Below are positions 32,384 through 40,670 of a stretch of 46,029 nt of DNA, one piece after another. The number at the start of each line of letters is the position of its first letter. Position 1 is the stretch's first letter. The DNA comes from a virus, in the IMG/VR virus record IMGVR_UViG_3300017527_000489; one strand, written 5' to 3'. The position numbers and the translations under genes were made by a program. The notes beneath the pieces were generated by a model, which saw nothing but the letters and a program-made list of their open reading frames with translations, searched no databases and was not told the DNA's origin.

Positions 32384-33123
32384 TGAACTTAAACGAATTA
32401 TCAAAGCCTCTACCAATTGAGAGCGTAGAGTTTAGAGTACAAAGCATAAATAAAGGCGGATATGCAACTATATTAGCCTATAAAGATGCTCGTGTAGATA
32501 TGAATAGACTGGATGACGTTGTAGGAGTTGGCTATTGGAAAAGAGAACATATCACAATTAACGGGTCGATGTTCTGCCGTGTTAGTATCTACAATAAAGA
32601 TATTAGCGAATGGGTAGGAATGGAGGACGTAGGCACGCAAGCTATGGCAGAATCCAATAAGGATTCCGAAAAAGGACTTGCTTCTGATGCGTTTAAACGT
32701 GCTTGTTTTAATTGGGGAATAGGTAGAGAGTTGTATGCTTATCCTGTTATTCAAACAAAGCTAAATTCTAATGAATTTGAACTTTACAAGGATAGGAACG
32801 GGAAGGAAAGGGTTAGGCAAACCTATAATTTAAAGCTAAAAGAATGGATTTGGGGCGCAAAGTTTGAGGGCAATAATATAGTTCAATTAGTTGCCAAAGA
32901 CAACAAAGGTGCAGTCCGTTTTAATTGGGCAGCAAAGAAAACAAGCAAACCAACGGATATAACAAAACCGCCTTATCCTGTTAAGAATTACGAAAAACTA
33001 GCCAACTCTCTATTTACTAACAAATGTACACTAGAGCAAGTGAAAGAGCAGTACACGGTATCAGCAGCAGCAAAGAAAACTATCATGGGTCACGTTGAAG
33101 CCTTGCAAAACCAGTCGAAATAA
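32383..33123 (+). CDS. Rad52/Sak-like single-strand annealing protein
   Basis: 246 aa. GLASDAFKRACFNWGIGRELY closely matches the conserved Rad52_Rad22 motif. Confidence 0.75.
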   Translation: MNLNELSKPLPIESVEFRVQSINKGGYATILAYKDARVDMNRLDDVVGVGYWKREHITINGSMFCRVSIYNKDISEWVGMEDVGTQAMAESNKDSEKGLASDAFKRACFNWGIGRELYAYPVIQTKLNSNEFELYKDRNGKERVRQTYNLKLKEWIWGAKFEGNNIVQLVAKDNKGAVRFNWAAKKTSKPTDITKPPYPVKNYEKLANSLFTNKCTLEQVKEQYTVSAAAKKTIMGHVEALQNQSK

Positions 33124-33386
33124 TGAGCAGCTATCAAAGAAACGTAGAAAAACACTTCGCTTGGCTGGACGCAATGTTCCCTCCACAGGCAGAAGGGCAG
33201 CCCCACGAACCAAACCGACCGCTACCCTTTAACCAATCTTTAATAGCCCAATACAGGGCAGCAAATAGGGATGATAGGCATGTAGTCGAGAATGTACACA
33301 CGCTGACAGACGTGGCTAACGATAAGGATATAATTAATTCAGAAACTTGGAAAGCATTGAGCGAAGATGATACAACTAAGCAATAA
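33123..33386 (+). CDS. Hypothetical protein
   Basis: 87-aa ORF with a 1-nt overlap to the Rad52-like gene. Confidence 0.5.
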   Translation: MSSYQRNVEKHFAWLDAMFPPQAEGQPHEPNRPLPFNQSLIAQYRAANRDDRHVVENVHTLTDVANDKDIINSETWKALSEDDTTKQ

Positions 33387-33819
33387 ATCACAGCAAGATA
33401 TTATCGACATGGTATGTCAGCTATTGGACTGGTACGAACAAAACGCCTCCAATGCTGATATACTAACCCTGCTAGACTTCCAAGATAAGCTTAGTCTTTT
33501 GAGCGTAAATTTAGCCCATATTACAGCAGTTAACAAAGGTTCTTACCTTCGTGCTTACTTCAACAGAAAGCTAACTTTTAGCATGAAGAAATTAACCTTT
33601 ATAGAGGATGGGGAAAAGATAGGCAAGGCAGAGGAAAAGGCATCTATTCAATTGGGCGATGTAAAAGAAATAGAAATAAGAACCCACGTAGAAGCCGACA
33701 GCTTGAACCTAACACTTAGGCAGGTGAACAAAGTATTATCTGCTGCTCAACAACGACTAAGCTTTATGAAGTCAGAGAAGCAAAGAATGGAGGCATTAAC
33801 GCACGACAACAAAAGCTAA
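33367..33819 (+). CDS. Hypothetical helical protein
   Basis: 150-aa ORF. No motif recognised. Confidence 0.5.
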   Translation: MIQLSNKSQQDIIDMVCQLLDWYEQNASNADILTLLDFQDKLSLLSVNLAHITAVNKGSYLRAYFNRKLTFSMKKLTFIEDGEKIGKAEEKASIQLGDVKEIEIRTHVEADSLNLTLRQVNKVLSAAQQRLSFMKSEKQRMEALTHDNKS

Positions 33820-34049
33820 TGGCATCAATACACAAACTACGCAACGGCAAGCACAAAGTAAGCGCATCAAGTAGGCGTTTTGGTCAAATAGCAATTGGTC
33901 ATTACGAATGCGAGGATATGGCTAAGATAATTAAACAGGTGGCGGACTTTCTGCTGCTTGATAAGAAAATAAACCGTACTATCTTCCTAGAGCATATCAA
34001 TTATGTTCGGAGGGCTTACGGATTGAAGAACTTAAAAAGAAAAGAATAA
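33819..34049 (+). CDS. Small protein with an AP2-like DNA-binding pattern
   Basis: 76 aa. NGKHKVSASSRRFGQIAIGHYECEDMAKII resembles the three-strand plus helix AP2 fold pattern. Confidence 0.4.
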   Translation: MASIHKLRNGKHKVSASSRRFGQIAIGHYECEDMAKIIKQVADFLLLDKKINRTIFLEHINYVRRAYGLKNLKRKE

Positions 34050-34501
34050 TGAGAACAATAGAGTTTAGAGGAATAAGAAAAGATAGCAAAGAATGGGTTC
34101 ACGGCTTTGTCGTTAGATTCCAGAATGATGATTCTACGTATAGTTATTACATACAGGAAGATACCTTGCACGAGGTAGACCCGAAAACAATAGGGCAGTA
34201 CACAGGGCTAAGAGACAACACCCGAACAGAAGAACATCCCGAAGGTGTAAAGGTGTTCGATGGGGATTTGTTCGAGATGGTTTATTCAAATGTTCCTGAT
34301 GGGTATTCTATACTAGGAGGAAAAAAAGAGGTAAAAATTGCTATCGCTATTGTTGTTTACAAATGGGGTCAATTTCTACTAGAATACAACCATCCCGAAA
34401 CGGGGCAACTATTATACGCTAGCCTTTATGAGGTGCTAAAAAAGAATGATGAAAAGGTTGTGATAGGAAACATTCACCAAAACCCAGAATTAAAACCATA
34501 A
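34049..34501 (+). CDS. YopX family protein
   Basis: 150 aa. IEFRGIRKDSKEWVHGF..IGQYTGLRD..VFDGDLFE..VIGNIHQNPEL follows the YopX pattern. Confidence 0.7.
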   Translation: MRTIEFRGIRKDSKEWVHGFVVRFQNDDSTYSYYIQEDTLHEVDPKTIGQYTGLRDNTRTEEHPEGVKVFDGDLFEMVYSNVPDGYSILGGKKEVKIAIAIVVYKWGQFLLEYNHPETGQLLYASLYEVLKKNDEKVVIGNIHQNPELKP

Positions 34502-34503
34502 CA

Positions 34504-34791
34504 ATGAAGTTCACAAAGAAAGATTTAGCAATGATTCAAGCGTTATTAAAGCACAGAATCCAAATAGTAATACTAAGCAACACAGAGATAGAACTAAGAG
34601 AGTCGACCATTTCCTTTGCTGTATGGCTAGAGGTTGAGCTTATCGAGGGTAAAAGCCTTTATAAACTAATTACTAAGCAACTTAAGCGACAAATAAAACT
34701 GGACTCTAATAATGAAAGGTATTTTGAGTACATAAGCGATTTGAGGGCTATTTTAAAATCAATTAAGAACGCTGTAAAAAACATAGAGTAA
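34504..34791 (+). CDS. Hypothetical protein
   Basis: 95-aa ORF. Its stop overlaps the next ATG (TAATG). Confidence 0.5.
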   Translation: MKFTKKDLAMIQALLKHRIQIVILSNTEIELRESTISFAVWLEVELIEGKSLYKLITKQLKRQIKLDSNNERYFEYISDLRAILKSIKNAVKNIE

Positions 34792-34970
34792 TGAAAGCGA
34801 AAATTATAGAACTATTAAGAACAAGTAAAAGTCACTTAGATTCAGTTGATATTTGTTTCAGAATGCAGATAAGCGCAGACAAAGGGATGCGACTACTTAG
34901 CGAAATGGAAGAAAGCGGAAAAATAAAGCGTGTGAATAATTGCGCTGCTTATTATTATGTAGCCTTGTAA
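34791..34970 (+). CDS. Small winged-helix-like protein (59 aa, below the ORF-track cutoff)
   Basis: Manual translation MKAKIIELLRTSKSHLDSVDICFRMQISADKGMRLLSEMEESGKIKRVNNCAAYYYVAL, a wHTH-like pattern. Confidence 0.45.
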   Translation: MKAKIIELLRTSKSHLDSVDICFRMQISADKGMRLLSEMEESGKIKRVNNCAAYYYVAL

Positions 34971-34980
34971 ATTATCGACA

Positions 34981-35286
34981 ATGAACCTAATTAACCGAAT
35001 CAAAAACAGGCTATACAAGCAACCTAAAACCCGTTTCTGCATTGGGCAGCCTATCCGCTTAGAAGCTCCTAAAATGGTGCGTTTAGGGGGTATTTTAAAC
35101 ACTACAGAAGCGACAAGGCAAGTTTGTATTAAAGAGCATTACATCTTGCAGTACCACGGGCAGAGTGAGACAGATTACAGGTTTATCGTAAAGGTAAATG
35201 CAGAGCCGAAAAGCGAAATAAGAAACAATACGCTTATATTAATTAGTAAAACGTCATTTGAGAACTTGAAATATAAAGAATTATGA
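34981..35286 (+). CDS. Hypothetical protein
   Basis: 101-aa ORF. A possible 26-aa ORF (35283-35363) follows it. Confidence 0.5.
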   Translation: MNLINRIKNRLYKQPKTRFCIGQPIRLEAPKMVRLGGILNTTEATRQVCIKEHYILQYHGQSETDYRFIVKVNAEPKSEIRNNTLILISKTSFENLKYKEL

Positions 35287-35408
35287 ACCAAGCAAAAACA
35301 CCCCAAGACGATATTTTTACAGACGATAACGGTATTCTGTGGGGAGATTTTCCGCAGCATTAAAAACTCGACACGTCTTTTAATATAGTATAGTAAAATA
35401 ATTTCACT

Positions 35409-35447
35409 CGCTGGAATCCTTTATACATAGGGGTTTCAGCGTTTTTC
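35409..35447 (+). terminator. Intrinsic terminator ending the first rightward operon
   Basis: CGCUGGAAUCC (35409-35419) pairs with GGGUUUCAGCG (35431-35441), 11 bp with 2 G-U pairs, then UUUUUCUUC. Confidence 0.6.
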
Positions 35448-35460
35448 TTCTAATAATTCT

Positions 35461-35522
35461 AAATAAAGTTAGAAATAAATACCGTGTAAACTTGCACGGT
35501 AACTTTATTTGCCCTATATTTG
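35461..35522 (+). promoter_or_regulatory. Promoter-like motif P3 (TTGCAC-N17-TATATTTG) embedded in an inverted repeat
   Basis: -33 at 35492-35497 and -7 at 35515-35522. Inverted repeats AAATAAAGTT / AACTTTATTT (35461-35470 / 35501-35510) and ACCGTG / CACGGT (35481-35486 / 35495-35500). Confidence 0.5.
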
Positions 35523-35564
35523 TATTAACAACAACGCAATTATTAACAACAAAACAAACGAATC

Positions 35565-35744
35565 ATGTACAATTTCTCACTTTTCAACTGCAACACAAAT
35601 AAAACAATTGAAACATTTAGCTTTGAAACTAAAAAGGAAGCTAATAGAGAATTAAGAAAAGTAATAAAAACGAATGACCTACAAAGACACGCTGGGCATA
35701 TCGTCAATTACAGTACAGGTTTAGAGATAAACAAACAATACTAA
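35565..35744 (+). CDS. Small protein (59 aa, below the ORF-track cutoff)
   Basis: Manual translation MYNFSLFNCNTNKTIETFSFETKKEANRELRKVIKTNDLQRHAGHIVNYSTGLEINKQY. First ORF after P3. Confidence 0.45.
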   Translation: MYNFSLFNCNTNKTIETFSFETKKEANRELRKVIKTNDLQRHAGHIVNYSTGLEINKQY

Positions 35745-35764
35745 CAAGCAAGGGGCGACCCTAT

Positions 35765-35797
35765 TTTTAAAACACTTTTAAAACACTTTTAAAACAA
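35765..35797 (+). repeat. Three tandem 11-bp units of TTTTAAAACAC
   Basis: Read directly. A related 2 x 9-bp TTTTAAAAC repeat lies at 36108-36125. Each follows a short GNRA-loop hairpin. Confidence 0.85.
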
Positions 35798-35802
35798 ACA
35801 AA

Positions 35803-36009
35803 ATGACTGTTCAAGAAATTATCAACATCGGAAAAGTAACAAAAGTAGACATTTTAAACTTTGTAGATGGCGTAGGGTGCTACGGTGAAGTACAAAAAAC
35901 ATTAAATGAGGCTACTGGCTTCGAGAAAGCTGGCATCGACATTAACACAGACGAAGCAACAAACGAAGAAATTCTTTCTGCTGGAATCATTGATGTTACC
36001 CCTTTTTAA
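35803..36009 (+). CDS. Small acidic protein
   Basis: 68-aa ORF preceded by the AAAACAAACAAAATG leader. Confidence 0.5.
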   Translation: MTVQEIINIGKVTKVDILNFVDGVGCYGEVQKTLNEATGFEKAGIDINTDEATNEEILSAGIIDVTPF

Positions 36010-36091
36010 TACATTCTCAACACGTGGGAAGATAAGCACCTATTTAGAGATATAAAGGCGTTTATTTTCTCGCATAATGAGAAAACCAAAC

Positions 36092-36111
36092 GAGGGGCAA
36101 CCCTCTTTTTT
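36092..36111 (+). terminator. Minimal terminator-like hairpin: GAGGG-GCAA-CCCUC followed by U6
   Basis: 5-bp stem with a GNRA tetraloop. A weaker analogue, AGGG-GCGA-CCCU followed by U5, lies at 35751-35768. Confidence 0.4.
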
Positions 36112-36135
36112 AAAACTTTTAAAACAAAGAAGAAA

Positions 36136-36603
36136 TTGAATTATTCAGAAAGAAGATGGAAATGGGCGAACGAACAAGAAGCCGCTCAAAGCAAAAAACA
36201 TTCATGCGGGAACACCTTTTCTGACGACATGAACTACCTAATAGGGGAAATTCAAGAGGCAGCAGAGAAGTTTGCCGAATCAGATAAGGGAAAGGCTCAG
36301 GCAGCCTTTCGGCAAAGATATGTTAAAGAAGTTGGGGAATTCGCAAGAACCCTATGCCCTAAATGGAAAGTGGGCGGTGGGTTCAACTTCAACTCCTTGA
36401 AGCTGTGGAATTTAGCAGTTTCTTTCCACCCATACAAAGGGGGCTTGTCTATGAGGGGAATAGGAGAAATATCTATGTTTGAGAAACTCATGCCAGAGGA
36501 CATCGAGGGGGCTAAAGAATACATATTAAGGCTGGCGGAGTTTGGAGCCATAACAGGCGCAGACCTGTGTAATGAAAAAATAAAATTCCTTAATGGGCTA
36601 TAG
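36136..36603 (+). CDS. Hypothetical protein (TTG start in the track; start uncertain)
   Basis: 155-aa ORF with no in-frame ATG near the 5' end. Confidence 0.45.
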   Translation: MNYSERRWKWANEQEAAQSKKHSCGNTFSDDMNYLIGEIQEAAEKFAESDKGKAQAAFRQRYVKEVGEFARTLCPKWKVGGGFNFNSLKLWNLAVSFHPYKGGLSMRGIGEISMFEKLMPEDIEGAKEYILRLAEFGAITGADLCNEKIKFLNGL

Positions 36604-36609
36604 TAATAA

Positions 36610-36834
36610 ATGATGGAACTACAAGCCAAACTCCACGCCTACGCATCCAAACACGGGCTATCTATGTGGAAAATAAGGGATGGGCATAAACCAAACCCGT
36701 TCCCAATCGGGCGCAAAAATATAGGTCTACTGCATTCGTGGGAAGATGGCAGACCGCAATTATCCGAAAGACTACAAACCGTTCTTAGTATGTTCTTCGA
36801 GAACGAGGAACTTAAAGAACAACTAAATCAATAG
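36610..36834 (+). CDS. Hypothetical protein
   Basis: 74-aa ORF. Confidence 0.45.
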   Translation: MMELQAKLHAYASKHGLSMWKIRDGHKPNPFPIGRKNIGLLHSWEDGRPQLSERLQTVLSMFFENEELKEQLNQ

Positions 36835-36836
36835 GA

Positions 36837-37388
36837 ATGAAAACTAAAAAATGCCCTCGATGCAAAGAAACAAAGCCTAGAACATTAGAGTATTTCCATA
36901 AGTCGAAAACTAGGAAGGACGGGATGAATGGGGTTTGCAAGGATTGTATAAAAGAGTGGAATAGAAAACAAAGGGAGAGGTACAAGAACGACCCTGAATA
37001 TAGGAAAAAACGCCTAGAATACGACAGGAAATACAAGGAGTCAGGCAAAAGATACTTGAGCAACAATAAGCCGAAAAACAGAGAACGAGCAAGAGAGTAC
37101 TCTAAAAAATACAACAAAGAAAATAGAGAAAAATTAAATGCGTTTTCTAGAGAGTATAGAAAAAAAAAGCCTGAAATAGTTAAAAAACTAGGGAAAAGAG
37201 CGAACAGTAAGGCGGTAACGAATCTGCCTGACCATTATGTCAGAAATAGAATACAGCAACAAATTAAACGGGGGCAAATAAAAATATCACCCGAAGACAT
37301 AACCCCCGAAATGATAGAAACAAAGAGACTATTAATATTTATTAACCGTGAATTAAAAATTCAAAAGAATGGAAAACAACCAAATTAA
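36837..37388 (+). CDS. Zinc-ribbon protein with basic repeats
   Basis: 183 aa. CPRCKETK..GVCKDCIKEW four-Cys motif, then repeated R/K-Y-x-K-K-Y-N-K-E-N-R-E-K-like units. Confidence 0.5.
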   Translation: MKTKKCPRCKETKPRTLEYFHKSKTRKDGMNGVCKDCIKEWNRKQRERYKNDPEYRKKRLEYDRKYKESGKRYLSNNKPKNRERAREYSKKYNKENREKLNAFSREYRKKKPEIVKKLGKRANSKAVTNLPDHYVRNRIQQQIKRGQIKISPEDITPEMIETKRLLIFINRELKIQKNGKQPN

Positions 37389-37575
37389 AAAAAGTAGCGA
37401 TTTAAACTTATTCCTTTCCGAAACCTTGGCAGGTATTAAAAACGGAAGCATTGATTTAGGTTCTGCAAAGGCAATAGCCCTAGTAGCCGACAAAATCAAC
37501 AAGAATAACATGAACGGTATTCAGTACAAAAAAATAACTAGCCACCGAAAGAAGCTAGATTTTTTTGAAGAATAA
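37369..37575 (+). CDS. Hypothetical protein
   Basis: 68-aa ORF, the last gene of the rightward block. Confidence 0.45.
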   Translation: MENNQIKKSSDLNLFLSETLAGIKNGSIDLGSAKAIALVADKINKNNMNGIQYKKITSHRKKLDFFEE

Positions 37576-37583
37576 ACCACTAC

Positions 37584-37610
37584 TAGCCTCTACTTCGGTA
37601 GGGGCTTTTT
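37584..37610 (+). terminator. Intrinsic terminator between the convergent blocks
   Basis: AGCCUCUAC-UUCG-GUAGGGGCU (9 bp, one G-U pair valid on the plus-strand RNA), followed by U6. Abuts the stop of the minus-strand gene at 37610. Confidence 0.7.
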
Positions 37611-37831
37611 TACGTCAATGCCTCTTTAATTTTCTTCCCTATTAGTATCATCCACTTGCCGCATTTAAAACCTGGCACCAAGTTACTAGATACATATTCC
37701 GTACCTGTTGCATCTATAGGGGTTAGCCAAGTTTCCTCGTTATCCAAGTCCTCAACTTTCACCTGTCCTAGTGTCGTATTGTAGTGAATTTTACACGTTT
37801 CACAATCACTCGTTTCTGAATTCCAGCTCAT
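37610..37831 (-). CDS. Hypothetical protein (last gene of the late operon)
   Basis: 73-aa ORF with a 1-nt overlap to the upstream gene. Confidence 0.45.
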   Translation of the reverse strand: MSWNSETSDCETCKIHYNTTLGQVKVEDLDNEETWLTPIDATGTEYVSSNLVPGFKCGKWMILIGKKIKEALT

Positions 37832-38049
37832 TATTTAATGTTTAAATTGTTGACATATTCAAGCCCTGAACTATCGTCAAAGCTCGGTAAAAATTGCTCA
37901 AAGAACACAGCAATAAAACCATAGGCATCTATCGAGTAAGCATCCAACAGCGAACCCAATAAAAAGCAAGATACAACTAACACAACAAGTAAATGATAGT
38001 AAGGGTATATCTTTTTTGACTTTAGATAAAAGTTGTATTTATTCATCAT
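37831..38049 (-). CDS. Two-TM small membrane protein, holin candidate
   Basis: 72 aa. Hydrophobic segments YHLLVVLVVSCFLLGSLL and GFIAVFFEQFL. Confidence 0.35.
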   Translation of the reverse strand: MMNKYNFYLKSKKIYPYYHLLVVLVVSCFLLGSLLDAYSIDAYGFIAVFFEQFLPSFDDSSGLEYVNNLNIK

Positions 38050-38326
38050 TCGGGTGTTTTAATTCTTTCTTTAATTTCTCTAACCTCCTTACTAAGTCCT
38101 TTGCCATGTCGAGCCTGTTCTCTAACAATTCGCCTTTTACATCATCCGTTGAGCTGTCTATTGATTTCTTTATATCCTCCACTATGTCGTACATGTGAAA
38201 AAGAAACTCAACAGGCGTTAAAGGCTGTGGTCTATTTAGATAAAGCCAAGCAGACCAAATGATGTCAACACTCAAAAATAGCAACAAAATCACGTCCCAA
38301 TTCATATTATAGATTTTAGGCAACAA
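38039..38326 (-). CDS. N-terminally anchored coiled-coil protein (start probably ATG 38305)
   Basis: 95-aa ORF with a TTG start in the track. Internal ATG gives MNWDVILLLFLSVDIIWSAWLYL..., a TM segment followed by a charged helix. Confidence 0.4.
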   Translation of the reverse strand: MLPKIYNMNWDVILLLFLSVDIIWSAWLYLNRPQPLTPVEFLFHMYDIVEDIKKSIDSSTDDVKGELLENRLDMAKDLVRRLEKLKKELKHPNDE

Positions 38327-38388
38327 TGGGGTAATATATTTATATCAAGCAGCTATCAAGGGACGTTAATTGCTGCGAGGTTTTTGTT

Positions 38389-39861
38389 TTAATTAATAGA
38401 GGCAATAATACCACCGTAAGCGTCCGCCCTCGCCCCAGTTGGGGTAGGAGTAATACAAAGCACTATAGTATCAGGAACTCCATCTAAATCTATTCCTATT
38501 TTCCTATTTAACCCAACGCTCCCACTTTGGGTTTCTCTGGTTAATTTACCGCTAAAGCCTCCCCAAAATTCCATGCCGCCAGTAACAGTCGTGGTAGATG
38601 GGTTTGTACCCATGTCGGGGTCAGCGTATTGCAACCCTAAATTTTGCCCGTTTTCGTCTGTTAATTCAGTCCATGCACCCATAGCACCAGCAACGGTAGG
38701 GTTAATTCTAAGAGATATCCAAACATCATCGTTAGTTGTACTAAGAGAATCAATTGCGAGCGATAATAAGGACTTACTTAGCCCGATTGTTGGACTTAAT
38801 CTAATAGCTTTTAGCATGTAAGTAACATTAGCCGTGTTTGCGTTTACTTTATTGGTGCTTAACGGGGTCACTATTTGCGTACCAGTTAACTCCAACGTTC
38901 CCGATGTTGTCACGTCTGCACAAATTTGTTGCATGCTTCCTGTGCCTGTTGTGCTGCGTATTTCCCAACGAACTGGCAATGAAGGGCTTTTTACTATTGT
39001 TCCGTCTTTGATACCTGCATGTAAATACGTATGCATCAAAACAAATGCGCCATCTACCATAAGCCAAAGGCGCACGGCTGTACCTCCTAGATACAGGAAG
39101 TCTATAGCCATAACGGTAAACTTCGTCAAATCAAAACTAGTTGTTTGGTTATTCCAGCTTGCTTGCGGAACTCTTACCTCTGTTCCTAAGTTGCCGTTTG
39201 CTATAACTAGGTTATAGGTTGTTCCATCGCTTTCTATATAAAAGCCGTCATAATTCGTGTTATAAGGAGCTACTCGGTCTGAAGTGAAGTATCCTTTTTT
39301 CTTTGTTACATTTACTTCATGACCAAAATCATCAAATGTAATTTCGCTTTTTTGCGCCTTTCCTGCAAAGTACGGATGAACTTGGAACGACTGACAAACG
39401 GCATATTGACCAGCGGTAACAGACATAGTCACCTCGCCTTGACTCCATACCTGCGTTCCTGTTCCTTTTCGGTCTAGCAAATAAGGCAAGCTATGTACAT
39501 CCATTACATAGTTACCTAAGATGGTTTTTTGTGAAACGGGTAGGTTTCCGTCTGCGTCTAGTGGGGGTAGTGTGCCTATATCATTCCCCTCGTCTTCTTC
39601 TTCCTCTGTTCTTACGTCACTCCTAAATATAAAGCCATCAAAGTATTTTATAATATCCTCACGGTCACCAATTGGAGAACCACCACTATCTTGAATATTG
39701 CCCGTTGCATCTGTTCGGCTGTCGTTTGTGAAAGTATCTATTACAGTTACATCGTTTCCGATAATGATATACTTAGCCCTGTCTTGTCTTATCGTCAAGA
39801 GACTGTAACTAGTTTGGTCTACTAGTACGTTATCACCGCTAGGATAAACTTTCATTGCCAT
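38389..39861 (-). CDS. Tail fibre / receptor-binding candidate carrying the shared N-terminal module
   Basis: 490 aa, beta-rich, the last large tail gene. Its N-terminal ~85 aa resembles the two preceding proteins. Confidence 0.5.
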   Translation of the reverse strand: MAMKVYPSGDNVLVDQTSYSLLTIRQDRAKYIIIGNDVTVIDTFTNDSRTDATGNIQDSGGSPIGDREDIIKYFDGFIFRSDVRTEEEEDEGNDIGTLPPLDADGNLPVSQKTILGNYVMDVHSLPYLLDRKGTGTQVWSQGEVTMSVTAGQYAVCQSFQVHPYFAGKAQKSEITFDDFGHEVNVTKKKGYFTSDRVAPYNTNYDGFYIESDGTTYNLVIANGNLGTEVRVPQASWNNQTTSFDLTKFTVMAIDFLYLGGTAVRLWLMVDGAFVLMHTYLHAGIKDGTIVKSPSLPVRWEIRSTTGTGSMQQICADVTTSGTLELTGTQIVTPLSTNKVNANTANVTYMLKAIRLSPTIGLSKSLLSLAIDSLSTTNDDVWISLRINPTVAGAMGAWTELTDENGQNLGLQYADPDMGTNPSTTTVTGGMEFWGGFSGKLTRETQSGSVGLNRKIGIDLDGVPDTIVLCITPTPTGARADAYGGIIASIN

Positions 39862-39862
39862 A

Positions 39863-40393
39863 CTAAATATGTGTTTCTGTTACTTGGGCATCGCCAACCG
39901 CTGCGCTCCAATACCCGTGAATAATACCTTTGTAGTCTGTTATTGTTGCTAACTTGCCAGCACCTACTTGTTTATTAGTAAAGCTTCCAATTCCTGCACC
40001 TGTTCCGTATTTTATGTACAAAGTGGATGTGCTGTTATTGTAAATATGCGCTGTTATTCTGTGTTCATTTGCGGCTAATAACAAAGTACTTGCCATTGCA
40101 GCAACTACTACACTTGATGTTGCGTTTGATGCTCTTACTATTACTTGCGCTCCTATAAATTGGTCGAGGTAGTTAATAACTGTCGCTTCACTAACTAATA
40201 GAGTTCCGTTTATGTCTTGTATTTTAGTCTTGTCTGCTATTAAAATATTTCTACTCTCGCAAGAAAAGTAAACGTCATTTCCTGATATAGAGTAATGTAA
40301 ACAGTCCATAGCGGTTATAGTAAACTCTTCGCCCTCTGGCTCTAAGTGAACGTTAGCCCCGTTTAAGTATATTTTAGTAACTGGATAAGCCAT
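39863..40393 (-). CDS. Tail-module protein carrying the shared N-terminal module
   Basis: 176 aa. KTKIQDINGTLLVSEATVINYLDQFIG aligns with the 87-aa and 490-aa proteins. Confidence 0.5.
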   Translation of the reverse strand: MAYPVTKIYLNGANVHLEPEGEEFTITAMDCLHYSISGNDVYFSCESRNILIADKTKIQDINGTLLVSEATVINYLDQFIGAQVIVRASNATSSVVVAAMASTLLLAANEHRITAHIYNNSTSTLYIKYGTGAGIGSFTNKQVGAGKLATITDYKGIIHGYWSAAVGDAQVTETHI

Positions 40394-40394
40394 T

Positions 40395-40658
40395 TTATAT
40401 TGCTTTTACTGCTCCAACAAAGGCATCTAGATAAGTCCTTACCGCTGCCTCGTTTCCGATAGCTGCACCTGCTGCTGTTTCCAAAAGCGTAACAGTTTCA
40501 ACCCCTAACCATACATACGGCTGGACTTGAAAAAAGTTAACAACTAGACCTTTTATATCATATTTCAAATTGCCTGACGAATAATTTGATATTGCGCCAG
40601 TTCCTCTTTGTAGTGTAACCTGTCCAGTTCCTGCTACTAAACCTATTCTTAAAGCCAT
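40395..40658 (-). CDS. Stand-alone copy of the shared N-terminal module
   Basis: 87 aa. ...VTLLETAAGAAIGNEAAVRTYLDAFVGAVKAI. Confidence 0.5.
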   Translation of the reverse strand: MALRIGLVAGTGQVTLQRGTGAISNYSSGNLKYDIKGLVVNFFQVQPYVWLGVETVTLLETAAGAAIGNEAAVRTYLDAFVGAVKAI

Positions 40659-40670
40659 AATTTATAATTT

